Assembly (NCBI RefSeq): GCF_006345805.1
Contig: NC_043014.1
Span: forward strand, 34,844,001-34,908,000
Source: Octopus sinensis
Taxonomy: Eukaryota
Length of the DNA: 64,000 nucleotides
Reading direction: 5' to 3'
The position numbers and the translations under genes were made by a program. Within the stretch, counting starts at the first letter, position 1; each line of letters opens with the position of its first letter. The notes under the pieces are model-generated. The model was not told the origin of the DNA and searched no databases. It was given only the letters and a program-made list of their open reading frames with translations. Positions 13,213-23,690 of this stretch are shown here, in pieces.

Positions 13213-14204
13213 TAGATAAATGTCTGTATGTTTGTGTGTATATTTATCTACATACACAAGTATGCATGTGAGTGTGTGTCTGTTAAATGATGACGATGAT
13301 GATGATATATATATATATATATCTTATCATCATAATTTTTACATCTGCTTGCTGGCATAAGTCAGATGGATTTGTGGGGCACAACAACACAACTAGTTGT
13401 GACCATAGGACTTTTACAGACCTCTATAATTTCTGAAAAACTACATGAATAGACTTCCATTTTTTTTTGTAAATGCTTTTATAAGTCAGTCAAGGGTGAA
13501 GAGGCTGTGTTCATGACCTTTAACAGATCCTTCCAGGTTTTTGTTTTATGATGTAGTCAACTAGAGGAATCTGAGCTGGTGACCTTTTCTAGCCCTTTCT
13601 GAGTTTTTTTTTTAATGTTTTTTGTCAAGGGGATGGTGTAGTACCTATAACTTTAGCAACACTCACTGTAACAACTGGAATTGATATTGTTGATGTTCAG
13701 CTTGAATTTCCATGTAAAGTTGAAATCTATTAGGGAAAAATATGAGCAGGAAAGAGAATGGTGGGTTTGATATTGGTGTCTAGTCTGAATATTTGCAACA
13801 AAGTCAGCTTTGCTAATGTTACCCAAGGATGACAATTATGTTGATGGTATTAAACTGAGTTATGAGGCCATGAAAATATAGAGGTTCTGATTATGATTGT
13901 TATTTTAAAATTATTTCTTCCATATTTTCCCTATTTCTTAGTATGCATGTATGTGTGTATATGTGTTAATCTACAATAATGGAATTGCAGACATTATAGA
14001 TTTGTTACATTGGTACAAGGTCAGATATTGTTTCTTCAGTTGGAAATGGGGATTGAATTTTGTGACTTTCATGCCTTTCCCAAGTGCATTAGTTGCATAA
14101 TAGAAATTAATTACTTATCTTTTCTGTGTATAATAATTGTCACATCAATTAAGCCCTTTTGGTAACATGTAATATGAATGAATGGGTCTTTGTAGTAAAT
14201 GAAG

Positions 14205-15540
14205 GAAGGATTATTATTATTGGCGGAATTGTTAGAGCATCTGGCAAAATGATTTGTGGCATTTGTTCCATCCTCTGTATGTTCTGATCCCCGTCTTTTA
14301 TTCTTCAGTGGTTGATAAAATGAAGTACCAATCAAATATAAGGGTTGTATAACTGACAAATAGGCAGTGAGCTAACAATCATTAGTACACTGGGTGAAAT
14401 CCTTAGCGGTATTTCGTCTGCCGTTACGTTCTGAGTTCAAATTCTGCCAAGGTCGACTTTGCCTTTCATCCTTTCGGGGTCGATTAGATAAGTACTAGTT
14501 ATGCACTGGGGTCGATATAATCGACTTAATCCGTTTGTCTGTCCTTGTTTGTCCTCTCTGTGTTTAGCCCCTTGTGGGTAGTAAAGAAATAGGTATTTCG
14601 TCCATCCTTATATATTCTCAGTTCAAATTCCACAAGGTCGACTTTGCCTCTCATCTTTTCGGGGCTGATAAAATAAGTACCAGTTGAACACTGGGGTCAA
14701 TGTAATTGACTTAACTACTCCTGGGTAAGAGTATAAAAACTGCATCCTGCTGCCACACCATATCGAGCCAGTGTGACAGAGTAGGCTCATCAAACCAGTA
14801 TGATCACAAGATTAAATTCATGGCCTCCCAATCAGACCATAGTTGGTAGAGAGAACATGTTGAGGACCTCATCCTGCAGTGGACTGAACATGGGTATTCC
14901 ATTTCAATCCAGCTGATAAATATGTCTCAACCCCTACAAAAATAAAAAAGGAAGTTCTGACTTTGGGCCTATTGTAAGACATTATTATTTGTCAGGACCA
15001 TTAGAGCACTGGAAAAATGCCTTGTAATATTAGTTCTGACTCTTTATATTCTGAGTTCAAATCTCTTCTGTTATTCATATTTTTAGAGCTCATAAAAAAA
15101 GTATCGGTCAAGTATTGGAATTAATTTAATCAACTAATCCTTGAAATCTCAGGCCTTGTGTCAATGTTTAAATCAATTACTGTGTGCTGTGGATTGTTAG
15201 AAGAGGTGATGTGTGTCAGGCAAAATCCTCTGTGTTATTTAAAAATAAGTCCCAGTTGAGCATTGGGGTCAATATAATTGTCTTTACTCCCTCCGCCAAA
15301 ATTTTAGGCCATGCGCCTATAATAGAAAGGATTATTATAGAAGGTGCTAGATGAAAAAATTGGTAGAACACCATTCAAAAATGGCTTGCAGTTTCTAGTA
15401 ACATTCTGAGTTCAAATCCTGCTGAGGTTGAATTTGCTGTTCATTCCTCTGAGGTTGATAATATAATCACCTATACCTCAGTTACAAAGTACCAGTTAAA
15501 TATTGAGGTTAGCTACACTTCAACTCCTTAAATACTAGTT
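14205..15540 (+). mobile_element. Cluster of several family-B SINE copies of differing divergence
   Basis: Repeated GAGTTCAAAT...GTCGACTTTGCCTTTCATCC...AAGTACCAGT blocks, all in the same orientation. Confidence 0.75.
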
Positions 15541-15559
15541 AAGGGTCAGTCAACTATAT

Positions 15560-15959
15560 CAGGCCTGGCCGACTCGAATTAAATTGCGGGCCACTTTAAT
15601 CACAGAAAGTTTTTTTGAGGGGTGCTTGTATATTTTAAAGTGTATACATAAATGTGCGTACATATAAAGGCTAGCAAAAAAACTACATAAGCATGCTACA
15701 AGAATAGAGCACTGCTGACAGAGCTGAAAGCATTTTGCTTTCTCATGCTATTATTACAATAATGAATGAATGATCGTTGATTCAATATGAAAATACAGTA
15801 GTATCTTTCTTTCTTACTTTTCATTACAATCTTTAATTTTTGATAAAATTTTAAAAATGTTTGTTCAGATAAGCCCATTTCAAGAAAGTATCCAGCAGGG
15901 CTCAAGATAAAAGTCTGCGGGCTGCATGTGGTTCGTGGACCTCAAGTTGGCTAGCCCTG
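15560..15959. mobile_element. hAT-family MITE (400 bp)
   Basis: TIRs CAGGCCTGGCCGACT / AGTTGGCTAGCCCTG; perfect 8-bp TSD AACTATAT at 15552-15559 and 15960-15967. Confidence 0.9.
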
Positions 15960-16024
15960 AACTATATCTTCCATTGCAAAGTGTAAGACTTCGTGTCTAC
16001 ATACATATATATATATATAAAATG

Positions 16025-16488
16025 TGACCTCGTGTGTACCATTGGAGATTTTTTTTCCTCTGTCTTCCCTTCTCTGGATCTTTCCTTTTCCTATGTTTCC
16101 GACAAAGAGCTCCGCTCGAAACGTTAAACCCTCCTTCTTTCCTTCTTTCCTGAGCGTCCAATAATACTATATTTGTTCCACGTCTTCGCGTTGTTGTGTT
16201 TTTTTGTGCTTTCTTGTTTGGATTAAATACATATATATATATATACACCGGAGTAAACACATAAATGTGAAACAAGATGGAAAAAAGAGTACTCAAATAC
16301 CAGTGGTAGAGTAATATGGTTTATTTAAAGCAGCAGAAAATTCAACAAAACCTGTTACTCTGAGTTTCCCATTGCCGTTCATCGGACAGTTTTTGCTAGA
16401 ATTTTTTTCTAGCAAAAACTGTCTGATGAACAGCAATGGGAAACTCAGAGTAACAGGTTTTGTTGAATTTTCTGCTGCTTTAAATAAA
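16025..16488 (+). mobile_element. Penelope-like-element-derived repeat with a hammerhead-like motif and a terminal foldback
   Basis: Motif at 16095-16129 and an 82-bp-arm inverted repeat at 16320-16488. Minimal hammerheads and inverted ends are established features of Penelope-like elements. Confidence 0.6.
16095..16129 (+). ncRNA. Minimal type-I hammerhead ribozyme-like motif (degenerate core CCGACAA)
   Basis: GTTT-CCGACAA-A-GAGC-TCC-GCTC-GAA-ACGT-T-AAAC: stem I GTTT/AAAC, stem II GAGC/GCTC, palindromic ACGT stem III. Confidence 0.6.
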
Positions 16489-16531
<43 letters not shown>

Positions 16532-17569
16532 CATACACACACACACATGCATATACATACTATGTGTGTGTGTATGTGAATATATTTATGCATTAGAAGT
16601 TATCCTGTCAATGAAATTTATTGTTGTGTTCCATGTACTTTTATGCAAGTTATTCTAAATATTTAACTTATTAATTACATATGTAAAGTACAGGTGTTCC
16701 TCTTATTTTCTCTTTCTACTCCACCCTTTTCTTTCTCTTCCTTTGGCAAGTGCTCTATTTAGATTCTGAAATAGTGAAGAAACCATAGTCGTAGTAATGT
16801 ATTTGATAGGAAACCCAATGTAAGCTAACTTAAACTTTTGTAAGAAATTTTAATTATAAATTTATTGGGATTCGTTAACTGAAACAACTTGTGTGTTAGT
16901 ATTTATTTTGTTTCATAAGAAGACTATATCATGAAACAATTTAAGAAAATATTTTACAATTTTAAGGCTTAACTGGGAAAGTATGTAATTTTTTTTCTTT
17001 TAATCTTAAAACTTGAAATTATAGGGAAATTTATGATTAAAGCCTTAAATGAAAAACATAGGAACTAACACGATTTTTCAATTTTAAAACTTAAATAAAA
17101 AAAGAAAAAAAATTACAAAAACTGGAAAATTTATGATTTTCCAATTTTAAAATGCAGATTATTTTAGTTCAATCCGTTGAAAATGTTTTGTTCTATATTT
17201 CTAGCATGTTTTTATCTTTTTATTGAATTTCTTTGCTGTTCTTTACTTTTGCTTATAGGATTTCTTATAACATATATTTAATGCCTATCATATTTGATTA
17301 TGTTCCTTGGCACCTGATCTGTCAGAATATAATTACAATGAGCATTCTGAAAATATTTTCTGTTTCAGGCTCTAATATTCCATAAGAAATTTGGAATATC
17401 TAATATCTATGTTTTTATTATCAAATCTGTATCAGTTTTTAAAAGGTTATATCAACTCCCTTTAGAGGGATCTTAGAGATTTCAAGTGTTTTTGATTATG
17501 AAATATTTGGAATTTAAAAATTTTTCATGAAATTCATTTTATCCGGAGGAAGAAAATTTGTATGTTTAA

Positions 17570-17773
17570 CCCTTTTGTTACTGTATTTATTTTGAGATGC
17601 TCTCTGTTTCTTTCGGTTACTTTAAATTATAACAAAGAATTGAGTAAAATAACTTAGTTATCATTCAGCTAGTGTTAGGAACATAACTTGGGACTAAGGC
17701 TTGGTGGAAAATTTTAATTCAAAACTTGTACTCAGTGCCAGAGCTGGATTCAACTGGGTTGGTAATGAAAGGA
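17570..17773. mobile_element. piggyBac-type MITE (TTAA-CCCTTTTGTTAC...), diverged
   Basis: Homologous to the intact copy at 31938-32158. Confidence 0.75.
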
Positions 17774-18649
17774 TGAAGAAATGTTCATTTTATAACATAT
17801 GCTTAGTTAGCTTTAAGCTTATGTTAGAAAATTATCATCATCATCATTATTATTATTAGGTAGAAGTCATAGAGTACTGGGCTAAATGTTCCTTTGTGTT
17901 CTGATTTCAAATCCCAGTAGGGATGACCTTACACTTTACCCTCTGGAAAGAGGGATCAATAAAATAAATATTCCTCAAGTACTGAGGTCACTTTAATTAA
18001 CTGTATCTTCACTCAAGATTTATTATCTTGTATGGATATTAGAAATCAGGAGGTGCAGCCCCATTCCTCTCCCTCAGTAAATTTGCTGTGTGAGTAATGG
18101 TGAGTGAGAGTGGAGGATATTGCTGGAGTGAGTGGGTCTACTCTCATCATGCATCTGGCTGGAGAACACAGCTGGGAAAATAGCACTTGCTACTAGTATT
18201 CCTTTCTATATTGTTCTTTTATATGCTTGTTATCTTGATTTTGTTAAACTGCTTCTGTTTTGTAATGTCCCTCTCTTCGATTATCCTTGTGGCAGAATTT
18301 TTTTTATAGGTTATTTACTTATCTGAAGCAAACCTTGAGAAGGAAGATCTAGTCTATGTTTTGTTTTCGTATCTTTTGAGCTTAATTGAAAGATAACCGA
18401 GAAAATGTAACATTTTTATATAATTGAAATTCCAATTTATGATGTAAATTCTTGTTGACTCCAGCTGTCTTCACTTTCACAGGGCAATAAAAATTTTGTA
18501 GTAATCCTGAAATGAGTTTCCTCATATGAAAATCTGTCACTGAATATATTTTTAAGGACTCATGAGGTTTACCACTATGGGCATACAAATAATGTTTAGA
18601 GAATCAGTTTGATGTGATCTTAATCAATAGTTATCATTGTTAGCATGGT

Positions 18650-19070
18650 TACATGTCAGTGGATTGACAGAAGCACTAGAATATCAGATTAAAATGCCCC
18701 TTGTATTTGTTCTGAGTTCAAATCCCACTGGGGTAAACTTTGCTTTTTGTCCTTCTGTGGGTCTATAAAATAAAGTATCAGTCAAGTATTGGGGTGAATT
18801 TAATTGGCTAACACCTCCACCCAAATTGCTGGCCTTATGCATAAATTAAAAATTACAGGTGGTGGATTGGTAGAATCAGTAGAGCATCAGACAAAATTCC
18901 TTGTGGCATTACAGTTCTTTACATTCTGAATTCAAATATCACTGAGGTCAACTTTACCTTTCATCCTTTCAGAGTTGATAATATAAAATACCAGTCAAGT
19001 ACTGGAGTCAGTGTAAGTGACTAACCCTTTCCTCCCAAAATTACTGTCCCTGCACCTTAATTAGAAATAA
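18650..19070 (+). mobile_element. Two diverged family-B SINE copies in tandem
   Basis: Two GAGTTCAAAT/GAATTCAAAT blocks followed by AAAGTATCAGTCAAGTA/AATACCAGTCAAGTA. Confidence 0.65.
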
Positions 19071-19216
19071 TTATCTTATCAGCGCTGTCACAGTCACAAA
19101 AATGGTCTGCATTGTGGCTGGATAGATGTATCATATTATTTTTGATTTAGGACATAAATAATGTTGTATATAACTAAAAAAAATTTTGAGAGGTTGTTGA
19201 GGAAGACTTAGTTGCT

Positions 19217-19439
19217 TTATTGAACAAGTGATGCAACTACACAAACATTCCTCTTTTGTAACACAATTGAGCTATTATTTTTTTTATTGTTTAGTAAGGA
19301 GTAAGAAGCGATGTCCATGCCAATTGCAAGTTTTTCTCTCAGGCTGATGGGATTGATATGGCCGATGTCTAGTTTGAACTTCTGTAAGTTAGTGTCTGCA
19401 GCGGAGGAAGGAAACTTAAATTCTGGAGCTATCAAGATT
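19217..19439 (-). CDS. Candidate last coding exon of a small secreted protein (ILIAPEFKFPSS...QKRNVCVVASLVQ*)
   Basis: Acceptor gtgtctaccttag| at 19440; phase 2 start matches the donor at 20177; open to TAA at 19217. No homologue recognised. Confidence 0.35.
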
Positions 19440-19668
19440 CTAAGGTAGACACACACAACTGTTCAGTTGTGTGCATGTCTATGATTTAAGATAAATTGTT
19501 ACAAATGGGGATTATGATTATGTATGACAGCAAGCATGGTGGATGCAAGCATATATATATATATATATATATATTTTTACACACACACACACACATATAG
19601 TGTGCTGTTCTGTTTTAGGTAGGGTCAACAAAAGAAGTAGTCCATCCAGTGAGAGATAAATATTTAAT

Positions 19669-19788
19669 ATACACAGGATTTAAATGCAAGCAACTATTAG
19701 TTTCATGCCTTGAAACAGAATACTCTAACAAGCTTGTTTTTTTTTGAGGCATGAAACTAAGAGTAGCTTGCATTTAAATCTTGTGTAT
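19669..19788. repeat. ~46-bp imperfect inverted repeat (MITE- or hairpin-like)
   Basis: ATACACAGGATTTAAATGCAAGCAACTATTAGTTTCATGCC pairs with GGCATGAAACTAAGAGTAGCTTGCATTTAAATCTTGTGTAT. Confidence 0.85.
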
Positions 19789-19861
19789 ACTAAATTATAT
19801 ATATGATAGATCGGTAGCCACTACACACATTTTTTTTCTCTCCTTGTTTCTTTCTGTGTTC

Positions 19862-19897
19862 CTTTCTGTGGAAGAGCGTAGGCTCGAAATGTAAAAG
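19862..19897 (+). ncRNA. Hammerhead-like motif, variant core CTGTGGA, inside a ~180-bp repeat (19808-19990)
   Basis: CTTT-CTGTGGA-A-GAGC-GTAG-GCTC-GAA-ATGT-A-AAAG. Confidence 0.5.
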
Positions 19898-20177
19898 ACG
19901 TTTTCAATCCCTGAGCGTTATACTAATACATCTATTTATTTTCTACACCACCTGTCTTCGTCTTTTGTTTTTTCGTGAATTCTCCTTATATATATATAAA
20001 TATATGTAAAGGACCTCCTTTGGTCAGGGTTGAGCATGTATCTGTACATGAATGCACAGACTTGGACAAATTTTTTTTTGTTGAAGATTAACAGGTGCAA
20101 ATGCATGCACACTGTCTTTCTTCATCATGCTATGGATGATGTCCAGGGAAAAGGCTGTCACTTTGGAGCTTATACAC

Positions 20178-20251
20178 CTTGACATGTGTGTTGTCATAGA
20201 CTTGGCTGTCAGAATGCAAAGGGTCAGAATAAACACTGCAAGGCATCTCAT
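20178..20251 (-). CDS. Candidate first coding segment with a signal peptide (MRCLAVFILTLCILTAKS-MTTHMS), within exon 20357-20178
   Basis: Strong acceptor tacattttattttgtag| at 20358; first ATG of the exon at 20251; donor AAG|GTGTAT at 20177; basic n-region, hydrophobic h-region and A-K-S (-3/-1) pattern. Confidence 0.4.
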
Positions 20252-21086
20252 CTGCTGTAACAGTTCTGCCAATCCAGTAGCCTGGATTGGTACTTGTATT
20301 CCAAAGTATATTTTCTTCCACACTTTTTTAGAAATTTGTTCAATCTCAATTTGACTACAAAATAAAATGTAATACAAATTATAGTGATTAAGCATGTAAA
20401 AAAAAAATTAAAGATTTGTTAATTGTTAATAAGCTCAAAGAAAGCCTTTTATCTGAATTCTTTTGTATTCATAAAACCATCGTTAGCGTCTGTTGATATA
20501 TTCACATATATAAATATGATGGAATGATGTAAGTGAAGGAAATTATATTATATTGTGTTTTTTTTTTTGTCTGAGTAGAGTGGAGTGGGTGGGGCTCTTT
20601 TTTTGTAAATAGAACATGTCTAGAAAATGGTGGGTTTAAGTAAAAAAAACCCATTTTTTTGTTTAATTTTTTGTGAGGGTGTTCATTTTCAGCTGGTGTG
20701 GGTGCTAAAGAGTTAAGAGTGAGCTTAATGGCAATGTTTGAAGAGCTGTTTTGTGTTGAATATGAAATAAAAAAATACCCAGGATACTATAGAACACATT
20801 GGGAAGATTCTTGGGACAGGAAGCATTGTATATATAGAGGTTGGTACGGATAAAGAAGGGGGTGTGATTGATGTTATTTGTTGTAAATGCTTGGAGTTGG
20901 GAGAACTAAGTAGTGTGATTTGTGTAAAATGTTTAGTTTGGGTGAGAAGACATGCAGTGAACAGATTTCCACAGTAGTAGCTACAATAATAGCATAATAC
21001 AGTGAAGGAGTGCATAGATCTCACACTGTTCAATTGTGTGATAGGGTTTGCAGCTGCTGCAGTTTTTGTTTGGCTGCAGTTAGCAG

Positions 21087-21118
21087 CAGTGAGGAAAGGA
21101 GGGGCAATATTCTAAATA
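21087..21118 (-). promoter_or_regulatory. Possible core promoter: TATA-like TATTTAGAA 28 nt upstream of an Inr-like TCACTG
   Basis: TATTTAGAA at 21118-21110 and the Inr A at 21090. Followed by unique 5'UTR-like sequence and a donor TGG|GTATTT at 20778. Confidence 0.2.
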
Positions 21119-22685
21119 CAAAAGCATTGCTTCACAAAGCAGCTACCTTTTGACATGTAAACAATATACTGAAGTAGCTTGTGTGTATGTATGTGTGTGT
21201 GTGTGCGTACGTGCACGCATATATATAATGTATATATTCTTGGACTTCAGTTTAAGTGAGATTAAGTTATTGTTATATTTGGGACCCTAACTTTAAAGTG
21301 GTTATTGTAATATTTTGTTTATTATTGAAATTGTCTGATAGAATTATTGTAAACTTAACCAATTGCAATGGTAATCTTCTCCAGGTTACTTGCTGCAAAT
21401 GCTTTTATATAGCTTAGCAAGCATCTGTTTCTCATATATTTGCAGGACATTCATTAAACAGTCATATAAAGATTATAAAGACATTATATACTCATTGCTT
21501 GTACATCAGTGCCTGTTTCCTTCCATACATAATTTCACTTTATTTCTTTAGTATTGTGCTATGTACCTCTTGCAGTGCATTAGGTTTATATGTATAGATT
21601 TATCAAGTTGTTACATGCGGATATGCTTTTGTTGAACTGATCCGACTGACCTAGAACCAAAGTGTTCCAGCCATGACCATACGCGCTCCTTTTCTGGCAG
21701 TGTATCTAGTCATATGATTGTTTTCCCAGGTCTGCCCTAATTCAATAGACCTAAGACCAAAGGCATTCCAATCATAACCATCTCGTTCTTTTGTTTTCAA
21801 GCCTTGTATAAGTGGTGCTACATCTTCTGTTTTTTCCTTTTTTTAATGACAGCGTTTGTTTGAGAGCAATTCAGCTTTTAATATTTAGGAGATCAAGTAA
21901 CTGCATGAAGGAAGGAATAGTAAACATATATGTATCCACACGTGCCAATCTAACACACTAATATCATTCTTAAAGATAAATATGGTGCAGCAGATAAGAT
22001 AATTATTGTTGTTGTTTAACTTCAAGCCAACTCTGATTAAACAAATCTATGCGCAGGAGCATTCCAAATGTAACCATTCTATCTTTTTAGGGCTATTTCT
22101 GTCCTTTCCCTTTTCAATACAGTAGAGAATCTTTGAAATGACCAAACTTAACCTGGTCCTAATTAATCTATTGCGACTGATGTAGTTGTAATAAAAAAAC
22201 TTTTATGAAATCTTATCATCTTGACCAAACAAATACCTGAGTCCATGAATGGAACTTGTAATGTAAAATGATATTGTCAAGAAATACAATTAAATTGTCT
22301 GTCTAGTCCTTCTTCATTGACACTTCTATCATTAACTCCTCTTTCCTGAGTCAATTAATAACCCCATACCAGGTCATTCAAAATAAGTAAATTCATCCAC
22401 TCTGCAACTGCATTTGTTCACAAGTGTTATGACTGTAGGTCATCCATTATATAATGAGTATTATATAATCGATGTGAATGTATCATTGCTCTCTTCCCTC
22501 TCCATGCATGTTATATGTTATTGAAACAATTGTAAACCATGAAATAAATGTAATACTAACATTTCCATTCTTCCCTTATATATATATATATATATATATG
22601 AGTTTACGAAAAAAACAAAAGACGAAGACAGGTGGTGTACATAAAAAACAGAAGTATTAGTGTAATGCTCAGGAATAGAAAAAGT

Positions 22686-22721
22686 CTTTTACGTTTCGAG
22701 CCTACGCTCTTCTACAGAAAG
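22686..22721 (-). ncRNA. Hammerhead-like motif, variant core CTGTAGA, inside an inverted copy (22570-22760) of the 19808 repeat
   Basis: Minus strand: CTTT-CTGTAGA-A-GAGC-GTAG-GCTC-GAA-ACGT-A-AAAG, all stems intact. Confidence 0.55.
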
Positions 22722-22749
22722 GGACACAGAAAAAACAAGGAGAGAAAAA

Positions 22750-22792
<43 letters not shown>

Positions 22793-23302
22793 CTTAACAT
22801 TCACTAATGCAAGATGTACACAACTGACCACACAGCCATGTCTGCACCTATATATATGTAGGTAGACATGCACACGCACAATCGTCACGTTAACTAATGT
22901 GGTTGTGATAGTTTAAAGGCCTTGTAATACTTAGTTACAATCCTTTATGTCTTGATTTCAATTTCTGTTACCTACAGCTTCACCTTTCATCCTCTGGTTG
23001 TCAATAAAATGATGTACTAATATTTTGTTACAGTAAATTTAATCAACCACATTTCCCCCTCTTCTCCTTACAAACTTATGATCTCCTACCAATGTTAACA
23101 ATCAATACAGTTGGATATTTATTGTGTGAGGTCATGAACATGTGTTGTATGTAGTTAAGTGTGACCATTCCATCTCATTCTAGATCTAGTACTACATTGT
23201 GTAATGTGTTTCATTTTTAAGATAGTGGGGTGGGATTTAACAAAGATTTGGCTGTTATTTCTAGAAGGTTGAGTGACCTAGTTGGCTTGTTATATATCCC
23301 TA

Positions 23303-23690
23303 TTCTTTTATTTGTTTCAGTCATTTGACTGTAGCCATACTGGAGCACCGCCTTTAGTTGAGCAAATCGACCCCAGGACTTATTTTTTGTAAGCCTGGTA
23401 CTTATTCTATTGGTCTTTTTTGCCGAACCACTAAGTGACGGGGACGTAAACACACCAGCATTGGTTGTCAAGCGATTTTGGGGGGACAAACACAGACACA
23501 TGAACATATACACACACACACACACATATGACGGGCTTCTTTCAGTTTCCGTCTACCAAATCCACTCACAAAGCTTTGGTGGCCCGAGGCTATAGTAAAG
23601 ACACTTGCCCAAGGTGCCTTGCAGAGGGACTGAACCTGGAACCATGTGGTTGGTAAGCAAGCTACTTACCACACAGCCACTCCTGCACCT
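23303..23690 (-). mobile_element. SINE family A, full length
   Basis: Reverse complement of 8094-8480. Confidence 0.9.

Noticed and set aside
13653-13710. Possible + strand 57-nt exon (TLTVTTGIDIVDVQLEFP), and similar isolated + strand acceptor/donor pairs at 17370, 36340 and 37611
   Set aside because: Weak sites, no consistent phase chain and no recognisable protein.
19296-20354. Alternative + strand two-exon model (MSMPIASFSLRL.../ANACTLSFFIMLW...)
   Set aside because: Splice sites are plausible and phases also match, but the peptide is the Met/Cys-rich antisense of the minus frame and has no recognisable features. It is not excluded; stranded RNA-seq would decide.
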